From a bacterium (GTDB lineage Bacteria; Eisenbacteria; RBG-16-71-46): 50,500 nt of DNA. Location: contig JAYWEM010000002.1 in the NCBI GenBank assembly GCA_043779265.1, positions 1 through 50,500 of the forward strand. The letters are read 5' to 3'. Shown here one piece after another: positions 1 through 8,232 of this stretch. How positions within the stretch are numbered: position 1 is the first letter of the stretch; every line of letters starts with the position of its first letter. The translations under genes were made by a program, and so were the position numbers. The notes below the pieces were generated by a model that saw only the letters and a program-made list of their open reading frames with translations, ran no database searches and was not told the DNA's origin.

Positions 1-736
1 CCGGCTGGAAGAGACCTGAGGTCCGGATCAACTCGAGGTTGCGGTCGCGGTACTCCTCGTTGAGTTCCTGGAATCGCTCGCGTTCACGACGCTCATGCGC
101 GAAGGCGCGAACGACGCGGAGCCCGGCCAAGTTCTCCTGGACCAGCGCCGACAGCATCGCGAATCGCGCCTGCACCTGTTCGAAACGGCGGTGGATCCGA
201 TCGCCGAAGAACCAGACCGAGATCGAGACGAGTGGCAGAGGAAGCAATGACCAGAACGTGAGCCGGGGACTGATGGCGAACATGAACGCGATGCTCACGA
301 CGCCCACGGTCAGCGTGTTGACCGTGTACATCACGCCGGGCCCGAGCATCATGCGAACGGCGGACATGTCGTTCGTGGCGATACTCATCATCTCGCCGGT
401 GCGGCGTCGCTGGAACCAGGGCAGCGGGAGTCGCTGCAGGTGCGCGAACAGCTCGTTGCGCAGGTCGTATTCGAGGTGGCGCGAGATCGCGATCAGCGTC
501 TGCCGCATCGCATAGCGGAAGATGCCGGCGACGACGGCGATCCCGAACAGGATCAGCGCATAGCGCCCGAGCTTCTCGGCGGTGACGCCGCGATACAGGT
601 CGTCGACCGCCATCCGGAGGACCTGGGGCTGGGCGAGTGCCACCAAGTTGGAGGCCGCCACGCACGCGACGCCCCACAAGAGCCCACTGCGATAGCGGGC
701 GAGGTGGTGGAGCAGTCGCGTGAGGTGGACGGGAAT
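1..736 (-). CDS. ABC transporter permease/ATP-binding protein (MdlA/YheI-like exporter), N-terminal membrane domain; runs off the window
   Basis: Not in the ORF track. Manual minus-strand translation gives IPVHLTRLLHHLARYRSGLLWGVACVAASNLVALAQP...ISRHLEYDLRNELF...VQENLAGLRVVRAFAHE, typical of the ABC_membrane domain. Start uncertain (ATT at 736 after GAGGAG). Confidence 0.9.
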   Translation of the reverse strand, partial: MPVHLTRLLHHLARYRSGLLWGVACVAASNLVALAQPQVLRMAVDDLYRGVTAEKLGRYALILFGIAVVAGIFRYAMRQTLIAISRHLEYDLRNELFAHLQRLPLPWFQRRRTGEMMSIATNDMSAVRMMLGPGVMYTVNTLTVGVVSIAFMFAISPRLTFWSLLPLPLVSISVWFFGDRIHRRFEQVQARFAMLSALVQENLAGLRVVRAFAHERRERERFQELNEEYRDRNLELIRTSGLFQP

Positions 737-770
737 GGCGGCTCCTCGCGAGGCGCTTGGCCTCTCGGGC

Positions 771-1718
771 TCACGGACGCTGCGCGTTCCCGAGGAAACC
801 CTGGAGGCGGTTCAGGCGCGTGCTCTTCCACGCGAGGCCCGCGTAGAACTGGTCCAGATGCATCACGTGGGTGCCGCCGGGCGAGTGCCACGAACCGACG
901 ACGAAGTCGAGCTTGTCGTCCACGCGGTAAACGATCCGGGAGCCTGCGAGTTGCGTCGTGACCTCGTAGTCGACGGGCGTGCTGCTCGGGCCGACGACCT
1001 GACGACCGGTCGCGCCCGCGTACTCACCGCGGTAGACGCCCGCCACGAGTAGACGATCGGAGAACCACAGCCCGAATGAGGCGTCGGCTGTGAGGTGATC
1101 CGCCCAGTCGAGTTCGGGGTCACTCGGGCTGCCGCCGATCTTGCGCGAGCCGAAGACGAGGCCCTCGTGACGGTAGCCGCCACCCAACTGCAGGAAGCCC
1201 CGGTTCGAGACCGGCATGCCGAGTTGGAGACTCGCTTCGAGCTTCTGGAGACCGGCGCCCGCTCCCTTCCACATGTCGTCGGCGACAAGCGGGGCGAGGT
1301 CGCGGTTGTACCCACTCGGGGCCTGCCAGTCGACGTTGACGGCGAGCGCGGTGGCGCCGCGCAGGACCGGCACGCGCAGGCCGATCCGCAGGTCGCCGAG
1401 CCCCGTGTTCGTGAACGTGGAGCGGGTGACGTTGTCACGCGCGGTCGCACTCACGATCGGGAGGGCGAGCCGCATTCCGAGCCAGGACTTCGCGCTGAAC
1501 TCGACGTCGGTCTGGATGGCGCGTCGCTCGGCGAGACCGCCGACGAGGATGCGTTCGCCACTCGCGTCATAGAAAGAGCCAGCCGAGAAATAGCTGCCTC
1601 CGAGCGAGGCTTGGAATTCGTTGGCCGCGAGCACCCAGGGACCGGCTGCTGCTGCGGTCGCCGTCAGGGCGAGCGAGAGCGCCGCCAGTGCAGCGCGGAC
1701 TGTTGTGCGCAGGTACAT
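771..1718 (-). CDS. Secreted / probable outer-membrane beta-barrel hypothetical protein (315 aa)
   Basis: ATG at 1718 after GAGGAGG; signal peptide MYLRTTVRAALAALSLALTATAAAA|GPW; alternating beta-strand segments and a GLGDLRIGLR motif. The 590-aa ORF call is over-extended. Confidence 0.7.
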   Translation of the reverse strand: MYLRTTVRAALAALSLALTATAAAAGPWVLAANEFQASLGGSYFSAGSFYDASGERILVGGLAERRAIQTDVEFSAKSWLGMRLALPIVSATARDNVTRSTFTNTGLGDLRIGLRVPVLRGATALAVNVDWQAPSGYNRDLAPLVADDMWKGAGAGLQKLEASLQLGMPVSNRGFLQLGGGYRHEGLVFGSRKIGGSPSDPELDWADHLTADASFGLWFSDRLLVAGVYRGEYAGATGRQVVGPSSTPVDYEVTTQLAGSRIVYRVDDKLDFVVGSWHSPGGTHVMHLDQFYAGLAWKSTRLNRLQGFLGNAQRP

Positions 1719-1828
1719 CCAGCCTCCTCGGCGTGGTGAGCAGGGATCCCGGTTCGAGCCGACGGAATCTATCGGCCCGGGGAGTCGGGGCGCAAGCTCG
1801 GCCTGAGGCACCCGGGCCGCGCCGGATG

Positions 1829-1837
1829 TGGCATTCT
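1829..1837 (+). promoter_or_regulatory. Extended -10 element (TGG-CATTCT) 8 nt upstream of the ATG, possible leaderless promoter
   Basis: The same GTGGCATTCT motif occurs in the murQ promoter; no SD before ATG 1846. Confidence 0.4.
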
Positions 1838-1845
1838 GGCGCGGC

Positions 1846-2838
1846 ATGTCCCCACTGACCGTCCTCGAATCCGTTCGCGACCCCGCCGGGATCTGGAATC
1901 TCCCGGCCGAGCGCCTCGCCGCCACGGCGGCGCGTTTCCCGGATGTCCGCTTCGTGCGCGCCGAGGGGGAGGAGCATGTCGATGTGGTGCTCCGGACCGC
2001 GGACATCGTGCTCGGCTTCTGCCTGCGGGCGCGGCATCTGCCGATCGCCGCGAATCTGCGGTGGGTCCATGTCACGGCTGCAGGCGTCGGGGGAGTCCTG
2101 TTCCCCGAGTTCATCGCCAGCCCCGTGGCACTCACCAACGCCCGCGGACTACACGCGATCTCGATGTCGGAGCAGGCGATCGCGATGATGTTGATGCTCG
2201 AGCGACGCCTCCATCGCGCCCGCGACGCCCAGGTCGCGCACCGCTGGGTGCAGGCCGAACTCGCCGACGACACCCCGGCCATGGGAGAGCTGGCGGGACG
2301 GACGCTGGGGTTGGTGGGTTTCGGCGAGGTCGGGCGTGCGATCGCCCAGCGCGCTCGAGCGTTCGAGATGGAGGTGCTCGCCGTGCGGCGGCACCCCTCA
2401 CACCCGCCCGAGCCGGCGCATGAGCAGTGGGGCCCCGATCGCCTGCCCGAGTTGCTCGCCCGTGCCGATTGGCTCGTGCTCGTTCCGCCCCTGACCGCGG
2501 ATACGGCTGGACTCCTCGATGCGAGGGCATTCGCCCTTCTCAAGCCCGGAGCGCGGCTGTTGAATCTCGGACGTGGCGGGCTCGTGGATGAGACCGCGAT
2601 GCTGCGTGCTCTCCAGAGTGGACGCCTCGCAGGCGCCGCACTCGATGTGTTCCGAGACGAGCCGCTCCCCGAGGGAAGTCCGCTGTGGGATCACCCCGAG
2701 GTGATCATCACGCCTCATACCGCAGGCCATGGACCTCGCTACTGGGAACGGGCCATGGCCCAGTTCGAGGCCAATCTGACTCGATTCCAGGCGGGCGAGC
2801 CGCTGCTCAATCTCGTCGACAAGCAGGCGGGGTACTGA
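1846..2838 (+). CDS. D-isomer-specific 2-hydroxyacid dehydrogenase (NAD-binding)
   Basis: GFGEVG Rossmann motif, NLGRGG, ALDVFRDEPL and ITPHTAG catalytic motifs. Confidence 0.93.
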   Translation: MSPLTVLESVRDPAGIWNLPAERLAATAARFPDVRFVRAEGEEHVDVVLRTADIVLGFCLRARHLPIAANLRWVHVTAAGVGGVLFPEFIASPVALTNARGLHAISMSEQAIAMMLMLERRLHRARDAQVAHRWVQAELADDTPAMGELAGRTLGLVGFGEVGRAIAQRARAFEMEVLAVRRHPSHPPEPAHEQWGPDRLPELLARADWLVLVPPLTADTAGLLDARAFALLKPGARLLNLGRGGLVDETAMLRALQSGRLAGAALDVFRDEPLPEGSPLWDHPEVIITPHTAGHGPRYWERAMAQFEANLTRFQAGEPLLNLVDKQAGY

Positions 2839-2841
2839 TCC

Positions 2842-3432
2842 ATGGAGACGCACGGGTTCGTTCTCGCGGGTGGCAGGGGCAGGCGCCTCGCAGCGGATCG
2901 TCCGAAGGCCTCGGTCGCCGTCGCAGGCCGGACGCTGCTCGAGCGCGCGTGCGGGACGCTGGCGTCACTGGCGGGTCGAGTCGTCGTCATCGCGCCCGAG
3001 GACATCGACCTGCCGCTCGATCCGGCGCACACGCGCGTCCACGATGAGGGTCAGGGGCCGCTCGCCGCGCTCGTGCTGGCTGGCAACTTGTGGCCGGCTC
3101 GGCGCCTCGTCGTACTCGCCGCGGATCTGCCGCTGGTCGATCGGGATCTGCTCGCGGCGCTCGATGCGAGTCGAGAGGAGGCGATCGCCGTGGCGGCCAC
3201 CGCCCAAGGTGTGATCCAACCGCTCGCACTGTGGTTGACGCTCGTCGGTCTTCACGCGCTCCAGCAGTCCCACGAACACGGCGAGCGGTCGTTGTCGCGA
3301 GCGCTCGAGGCGATCGGTGCGAAGCTCGTCCCGAGTGTCGGCCTCCCCGGCGGTGAGGAGGCGTTCCTCGATGTCGACACTCCCGAGGATCTCGCGCGCA
3401 TGGAACGCACGCTGTCGGAGCGTGCGCGGTGA
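2842..3432 (+). CDS. mobA: Molybdenum cofactor guanylyltransferase
   Basis: VLAGGRGRR...KA, GPLAAL, ADLP, QPL and DVDTPEDL motifs. Confidence 0.85.
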   Translation: METHGFVLAGGRGRRLAADRPKASVAVAGRTLLERACGTLASLAGRVVVIAPEDIDLPLDPAHTRVHDEGQGPLAALVLAGNLWPARRLVVLAADLPLVDRDLLAALDASREEAIAVAATAQGVIQPLALWLTLVGLHALQQSHEHGERSLSRALEAIGAKLVPSVGLPGGEEAFLDVDTPEDLARMERTLSERAR

Positions 3433-4718
3433 GCGGGCCGAGGGTGGGCGCGAGCGTGCGTTCCATGGGTGGTGTCGAACTGGCTCACGTGCTTCCCCTC
3501 TTGCGCCGACTCGAACCGGACGCTCGGGCATGCTGGGTCTATGACCTCGACCGGCTCGGTGAGCGTGCCGAGCGACTGACCCGTGCATTCCGGCCACTCG
3601 CTCCGCGTATCGCCTATGCGCTCAAGGCGAATGCCCTCCCCGCGATCACGAGCCGACTCGCGACCCTCGGGCTGCACGCCGACGCCGGATCGCTGGGCGA
3701 ACTGGAAGCCGCGCGCGCTGCGGGGTTCAGCGCCCGCTCGACCACGCTGTCGGGCAATGGGAGAACGCCCGAGGAGGCCGCGTGGGTCGCCGCGCACGGC
3801 GTGAGCACGGTGAGCGCCGACAGCGTCGCGGAGCTGGACCTGCTCGAGGCGGCGATGGGGAGGGTCGGATCGTCCGCTCGAATCGCGCTGCGGATCAATC
3901 CCGGCATCATGACCGCGACGCATGCCCACGTCTCGACCGGGCACGCGGCATCCAAGTTCGGCATGTCGCCCTCGGACGCGCTCGATGCCTGGGCCGCGAG
4001 GAGCCGATGGCCGCATCTGGTCGTGGACGGCGTGCACGCGCACATCGGATCGCAGTTGCTCGATCGTGCTCCCCTGATCGAGGCGGCTCGCGGGTTGCTC
4101 TCTCTGGCGGATGCGAGCGCCGCTCGCGGCGCACCGCTGGCGCTCATCAATCTGGGAGGCGGGTTCGGGCATGACCATGAGCACGTCGCCGCTGCCGGCT
4201 TCGATGTCGAGGCTCATGCGCGGGAGCTCACCGAACTCGCGGCGGCGCGTTCCTTCGAGTGGGGCATCGAGCCCGGCCGCTGGCTGGTGGCACCGATCGG
4301 CATCGTGCTCGCCGAGGTGTTGAGCGTGAAGACCCGACGTGATGCCGATGGCGAGCGACGCTTCATCGTGCTCGCCGCAGGGATGAACGACCTGCTGCGG
4401 CCCGCGCTCTACGGAGCGCTGCATCGGATCGAGCCCATCGAACCGAGGGTCGGAGCGCGGTCGTCGGCGATCGTCGTCGGGCCGGTGTGCGAGAGCGGCG
4501 ACACGTTCATCGCCGATGCATCGCTCCCGCCGATCGAAGTGGGGGACCTGGTCGCGATCCAGGATGCCGGCGCCTACGGCGCCGGCATGTCATCCAACTA
4601 CAACGGCCGCGGCCGACTCGCCGAGTTGGTGGCCGAGGGCGGGTCGCTGCGCCGCGCGCGCCGCGGGGAGACCCCCGACGACCTGCGCGCACGCGATCGC
4701 GACGACCCGCTCGGCTGA
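3429..4718 (+). CDS. lysA: Diaminopimelate decarboxylase
   Basis: YALKAN (PLP lysine), SKFG, HAHIGSQ, EPGR, GPVCESGD, GAYGAGMSSNYN; GTGA overlap with mobA. Confidence 0.95.
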   Translation: MSGPRVGASVRSMGGVELAHVLPLLRRLEPDARACWVYDLDRLGERAERLTRAFRPLAPRIAYALKANALPAITSRLATLGLHADAGSLGELEAARAAGFSARSTTLSGNGRTPEEAAWVAAHGVSTVSADSVAELDLLEAAMGRVGSSARIALRINPGIMTATHAHVSTGHAASKFGMSPSDALDAWAARSRWPHLVVDGVHAHIGSQLLDRAPLIEAARGLLSLADASAARGAPLALINLGGGFGHDHEHVAAAGFDVEAHARELTELAAARSFEWGIEPGRWLVAPIGIVLAEVLSVKTRRDADGERRFIVLAAGMNDLLRPALYGALHRIEPIEPRVGARSSAIVVGPVCESGDTFIADASLPPIEVGDLVAIQDAGAYGAGMSSNYNGRGRLAELVAEGGSLRRARRGETPDDLRARDRDDPLG

Positions 4719-4724
4719 GCGGTG

Positions 4725-5330
4725 CTAGAGCGAGAGCCTCGGCCTTCCTGCGATGAGCAGCGTCGCGGGGCTCGAACCGAGATTCGAGTAGGCGTGCCGC
4801 TGATGCGCCCGGAAGTGGATCGAATCGCCCTCGCGAAGTACGTGCGACTCGCCCTCGATGCGGATCTCCGCGACGCCCGAGATCGCGGTCACCCACTCCT
4901 CGCCCTCGTGGTGGTGGATCAGCGCCGGCTCGCGCGCGATCGGGAGCGTGAAGAGATGCAGTCCCAGCGCGGCATCGCGCGTCGGGTCGGTGAGCGATTC
5001 GATCCGCACGCCTCCCCACATGAGCGAGTGGCCCGAGCGATCGGCGGCCCGGTGCACGGTGACATCGGGCAGTTCCTTGGGTTCGACGAGCTCCGCCGGC
5101 CGAAGCCCGAGCGCGTGGGCGATCCGTCCGAGGGCTCCGATCGTGGGCGAGGCCTTACCGCGCTCGATCTCGGAGACGTGCGTCGCGGAGATACCGCCCT
5201 TCTGCTCCAGCTCCTTCAACGTCATGCCCAGCGCCACGCGCAGCATCTTGATCCGCTGCCCGAGAACGATCGGGGAGTGGTCGCGGATGACGGCAGTCGG
5301 CGGCGAGGGAGTCTCGATGCGTTTGCTCAT
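4725..5330 (-). CDS. XRE-family HTH regulator with C-terminal cupin domain (metal-site residues present)
   Basis: LGQRIKMLR...SATHVSEIERGKASPTIGAL; cupin HHHEGEEWV...EGDSIHF...HAYSN. Confidence 0.92.
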   Translation of the reverse strand: MSKRIETPSPPTAVIRDHSPIVLGQRIKMLRVALGMTLKELEQKGGISATHVSEIERGKASPTIGALGRIAHALGLRPAELVEPKELPDVTVHRAADRSGHSLMWGGVRIESLTDPTRDAALGLHLFTLPIAREPALIHHHEGEEWVTAISGVAEIRIEGESHVLREGDSIHFRAHQRHAYSNLGSSPATLLIAGRPRLSL

Positions 5331-5896
5331 CGCATGATCTCCAGTTCGCGGGTGCAGATGAGCAGCAGTTCGGTGGCACTGTCCCCGGCCTTGATGGCGA
5401 GGGCGTCCGGCCGTGAGGTCTGCAGCGTGTCCTCGGTGCCAAGCGACCAGGACCGCGAATCCATCTTCGCGGTCGCGGTTCCCTTCTGGACGTGCAGGAT
5501 GAGGTCGCGCGACAGGTCGGACTCGGGGACCGCGAGGGTCGCCTGAGCCTTGAGTCGGACGCGGTAGGGGAACAGCGCGCTTCCCGGGATCCCGGGCGTG
5601 AGGAGCTGGCGGTCCGCGCCCTTGCCCTCTCGACGGGCCGGTTCATCCTCGCGAACGACGCGTCCGACGTCCGAACGCTCCTCGAGCTCGATGAAGTAGC
5701 TGGCATCACGGTCCAGAGCCCGCGCGATGCGCAGCAGAGCACCGACGGTGGGTGAAGTACGGCCGCGCTCGATCTCCGAGAGGTGCGTTGCGGAGAGTCC
5801 TGCGATCTCCTCGACCTGCTTGAGCGTCATTCGGCGTTCAGTCCGTAGTCCACGGATGCGCCGGCCGAGCTCGTCGAGATCCACGATCGTCGACAT
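5327..5896 (-). CDS. XRE-family HTH regulator with degenerate cupin domain
   Basis: ATG at 5896 (MSTIVDLDELGRRIRGLR); SATHLSEIERGRTSPTVGAL; ATGA overlap with the downstream paralog. Confidence 0.9.
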   Translation of the reverse strand: MSTIVDLDELGRRIRGLRTERRMTLKQVEEIAGLSATHLSEIERGRTSPTVGALLRIARALDRDASYFIELEERSDVGRVVREDEPARREGKGADRQLLTPGIPGSALFPYRVRLKAQATLAVPESDLSRDLILHVQKGTATAKMDSRSWSLGTEDTLQTSRPDALAIKAGDSATELLLICTRELEIMR

Positions 5897-5912
5897 GGGT
5901 GCCCTTGGTTCT

Positions 5913-6058
5913 TGGCGATTCCGAGTCACGCCGAAGTGGGGACCGAGGGGTGGTCCACCGAAGAATGAGTGCTGGCGATTCCCGACCCCCATCGGAGACC
6001 ACTGCACTCGGAAACCCCGGATGGCTTCAGAAATGCGATTCCGGAGGACCGGAAACGC
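5913..6058. repeat. Three GCGATTCC copies at exact 60-bp spacing; the third lies within a 24-bp imperfect palindrome (candidate operators)
   Basis: GCGATTCC at 5915, 5975 and 6035; GCGATTCCGG-AGGA-CCGGAAACGC at 6035-6058. Confidence 0.5.
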
Positions 6059-6151
6059 GCTCGCCATCTCGGAGCGAAATGAACCGTGACACAACGCATG
6101 GAAATCGGTCAAGAGCTTCCGGAGCGACTTCTCGAGAACTCGCACCGCTGC

Positions 6152-6181
6152 TTGACACTCGCGGAGGGCGGCGGAGAGACT
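6152..6181 (+). promoter_or_regulatory. Putative sigma-70 promoter for etfBA
   Basis: TTGACA (6152-6157), 18 bp, GAGACT (6176-6181). Confidence 0.45.
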
Positions 6182-6190
6182 GCTCGGCCG

Positions 6191-6259
6191 GTCCTTCGCA
6201 GGGACTCGCAGGGCGGTGCTCGCGATCGAGACTCTCGCGCAGCATCGCTCCGTCGCGAG
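6191..6259 (+). other. Structured 5' leader hairpins upstream of etfB
   Basis: GGGCGGTGCT-CGCGA (6211-6225) pairs with TCGCG-C-AGCATCGCTC (6235-6250), with an outer CTCGC/GCGAG pair; small hairpin GTCCTT/AGGGAC at 6191-6205. Confidence 0.4.
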
Positions 6260-6388
6260 CCCGCCCGTGACCACTGCAATCCTCATGACTTCCGCCGGGA
6301 TCCGCTTCGCTCCGGCGACTCGGCCTCGCCAGCCGCGGTCCCTCCAGCGGGCCAGGTCGCGCCCTCACCCTCTCGAACGAGGTGGCAC

Positions 6389-7141
6389 GTGCTGCAACTG
6401 GTCTGCATCAAGCAGGTGGCCGACACGGAGACCCGCGTGAAGGTCGCCGCGGACGGGCGCACGCTGGACCCCGCCGGCGTCACCTGGATCCTCAATCCGT
6501 ACGACGAGTTCGCAGTCGAGGAAGCACTTCGGCTCAAGGAGCAATTGGCGGCAGGTGATGTGGTGGTGGCGTCGATCGGTGGTGCCGGCGTGCAGACCAC
6601 GCTGCGCAATGCGCTCGCCATGGGCGCGGATCGCGCATTCCACTTGAAGACCGATGAGGCCGCGCCCGACAGCCTGCAGGTGGCTCGTGCGCTGAGCGCC
6701 CTGGTGCGCGAACTCGCGCCCGGCGTCGTGTGGATGGGCAAGCAGGCCGTGGATGATGACGCGAGCGCCGTGGGCCCGATGGTCGCCGAACTGGCGGGAC
6801 TGCCCTGCGTCACGATGGTGGCGAAGGCCACGATCGAGGGCGGGAAGGCCACGCTGGAGCGCGAGATCGAAGGCGGCCGCGAGATCGTCGAGGTGACCCT
6901 TCCCGCCGTGATCACGGCCGAGAAGGGTCTGAACGAGCCGCGCTATGCCTCGCTCAAGGGCATCATGACTGCGAAGAAGAAGCCGATCGAGGAGCGTGCG
7001 GCCGAACTCGGCGCGCCCGGGCTCGAGAAAGTGTCGCTGGAGCTTCCGCCGCCGCGAACGGCCGGACGCATCGTCGGAGAAGGTGTCGCCGCCGTCCCTG
7101 CGCTGGTCCAGGCGCTGCGGGACGAGGCCAAGGTCATCTGA
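6389..7141 (+). CDS. etfB: Electron transfer flavoprotein beta subunit
   Basis: GTG at 6389 after GAGGTG; VCIKQV, NPYDEFAVEEAL, GKQAVDDD, NEPRYASLKGIM. Confidence 0.96.
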   Translation: MLQLVCIKQVADTETRVKVAADGRTLDPAGVTWILNPYDEFAVEEALRLKEQLAAGDVVVASIGGAGVQTTLRNALAMGADRAFHLKTDEAAPDSLQVARALSALVRELAPGVVWMGKQAVDDDASAVGPMVAELAGLPCVTMVAKATIEGGKATLEREIEGGREIVEVTLPAVITAEKGLNEPRYASLKGIMTAKKKPIEERAAELGAPGLEKVSLELPPPRTAGRIVGEGVAAVPALVQALRDEAKVI

Positions 7142-7156
7142 GCCAGGGAGCGTGAC

Positions 7157-8137
7157 GTGAGCATTCTCGTATTCATCGAACAGCGGGGTGGCGAACTGCG
7201 CTCAGTCTCGCGCGAGGTCCTCGGCGAGGCGACGCGTCTCGCAGGATCGCTTGGCGGACCGGTCATCGGCGTGTGCTGTGCGGCCAGCGACCCGGGACTC
7301 GCGGTGCTGGGGGAGGCGGGCGCGGAGAAGGTGCTCCTCGCCTCCCACGAGGCCTTCGCGAGCTACGACGGCGCGGGCTACGCGGCAGCGGTCGCGGCTG
7401 CCGCTCGGAGCACGGGCGCCACGGCCGTCCTGTTCAGTGCATCGGCCATCGGCAAGGACCTCGCGCCTCGTGTCGCCGCGCGGCTGGGCGTCGGACTCGC
7501 CTCGGACTGCACCGCGATGAGCGCCGAGGGCGGCAAGCTCGTCGCCACGCGCCCGGTCTACGCCGGCAAGGCGATTCAGAAAGTGGCATTCCCCGCAGTT
7601 CCCGCGGTCGCCTCGCTCCGGCCCAAGGTGTTCTCGGCGCCGGCGCCGAAGGCCGGCGCGACGGCCGCCGTCGAGCCGCAGACATTCGAGTGGGATGCCT
7701 CGGGACCGCGCGCCGTGGTGACCGGACTCACGGGCGCGACCGGCGGACGGCCCGACCTGACCGAGTCCGAGATCGTCGTCAGTGGCGGGCGTGGCATGAA
7801 GGGCCCCGAGCACTTCCATCTCATCGAGGAACTCGCGGATGCCCTGGGTGCGACCGTGGGCGCGTCGCGAGCCGTCGTCGATGCAGGATGGCGCCCGCAC
7901 GGCGAGCAAGTCGGACAGACGGGCAAAGTCGTGAGCCCCAAGCTCTATGTCGCCGTCGGCATTTCGGGCGCGATCCAGCATCTTGCCGGCATGTCGTCAT
8001 CGCGATGCATCGTCGCCATCAACAAGGATCCCGAGGCGCCCATCTTCAAGGTCGCCGACTACGGTCTCGTGGGTGATCTCTTCGAGGTGATGCCGGCGCT
8101 GATCGCCGAAGTGAGGAAGTTGCGCGGCCAAGTGTGA
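7157..8137 (+). CDS. etfA: Electron transfer flavoprotein alpha subunit
   Basis: [41 protein letters not shown]-binding motifs. Confidence 0.97.
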   Translation: MSILVFIEQRGGELRSVSREVLGEATRLAGSLGGPVIGVCCAASDPGLAVLGEAGAEKVLLASHEAFASYDGAGYAAAVAAAARSTGATAVLFSASAIGKDLAPRVAARLGVGLASDCTAMSAEGGKLVATRPVYAGKAIQKVAFPAVPAVASLRPKVFSAPAPKAGATAAVEPQTFEWDASGPRAVVTGLTGATGGRPDLTESEIVVSGGRGMKGPEHFHLIEELADALGATVGASRAVVDAGWRPHGEQVGQTGKVVSPKLYVAVGISGAIQHLAGMSSSRCIVAINKDPEAPIFKVADYGLVGDLFEVMPALIAEVRKLRGQV

Positions 8138-8148
8138 TGCCCAGATGC

Positions 8149-8178
8149 TTGACGCTCGCTTGTGCCCGCACATAACCT
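8149..8178 (+). promoter_or_regulatory. Putative sigma-70 promoter for the nuo operon with an internal inverted repeat
   Basis: TTGACG (8149-8154), 18 bp, TAACCT (8173-8178); TGTGC-CC-GCACA at 8161-8172. Confidence 0.45.
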
Positions 8179-8232
8179 GCGGCAGGCTGCGCACGTAGGT
8201 GATCCACGGTCCCTTCCACGGAGTGGGAGTCG

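Noticed and set aside
5911..6090. 60-bp periodic motif as a mini-CRISPR array
   Set aside because: The conserved part is only 8-10 bp, far shorter than CRISPR repeats, and no cas genes are present.
5897..6388. N-terminal extensions of the XRE gene (to 6286) and etfB (from 6086), and the 6216-6440 ORF
   Set aside because: Family homology starts at ATG 5896 and GTG 6389; the extensions overlap each other and the promoter and repeat elements.
8140..8230. Rex operator upstream of nuoA
   Set aside because: TTGTGCCCGCACA does not match TTGTGAA-N4-TTCACAA in spacing or core; kept only as an unnamed inverted repeat.
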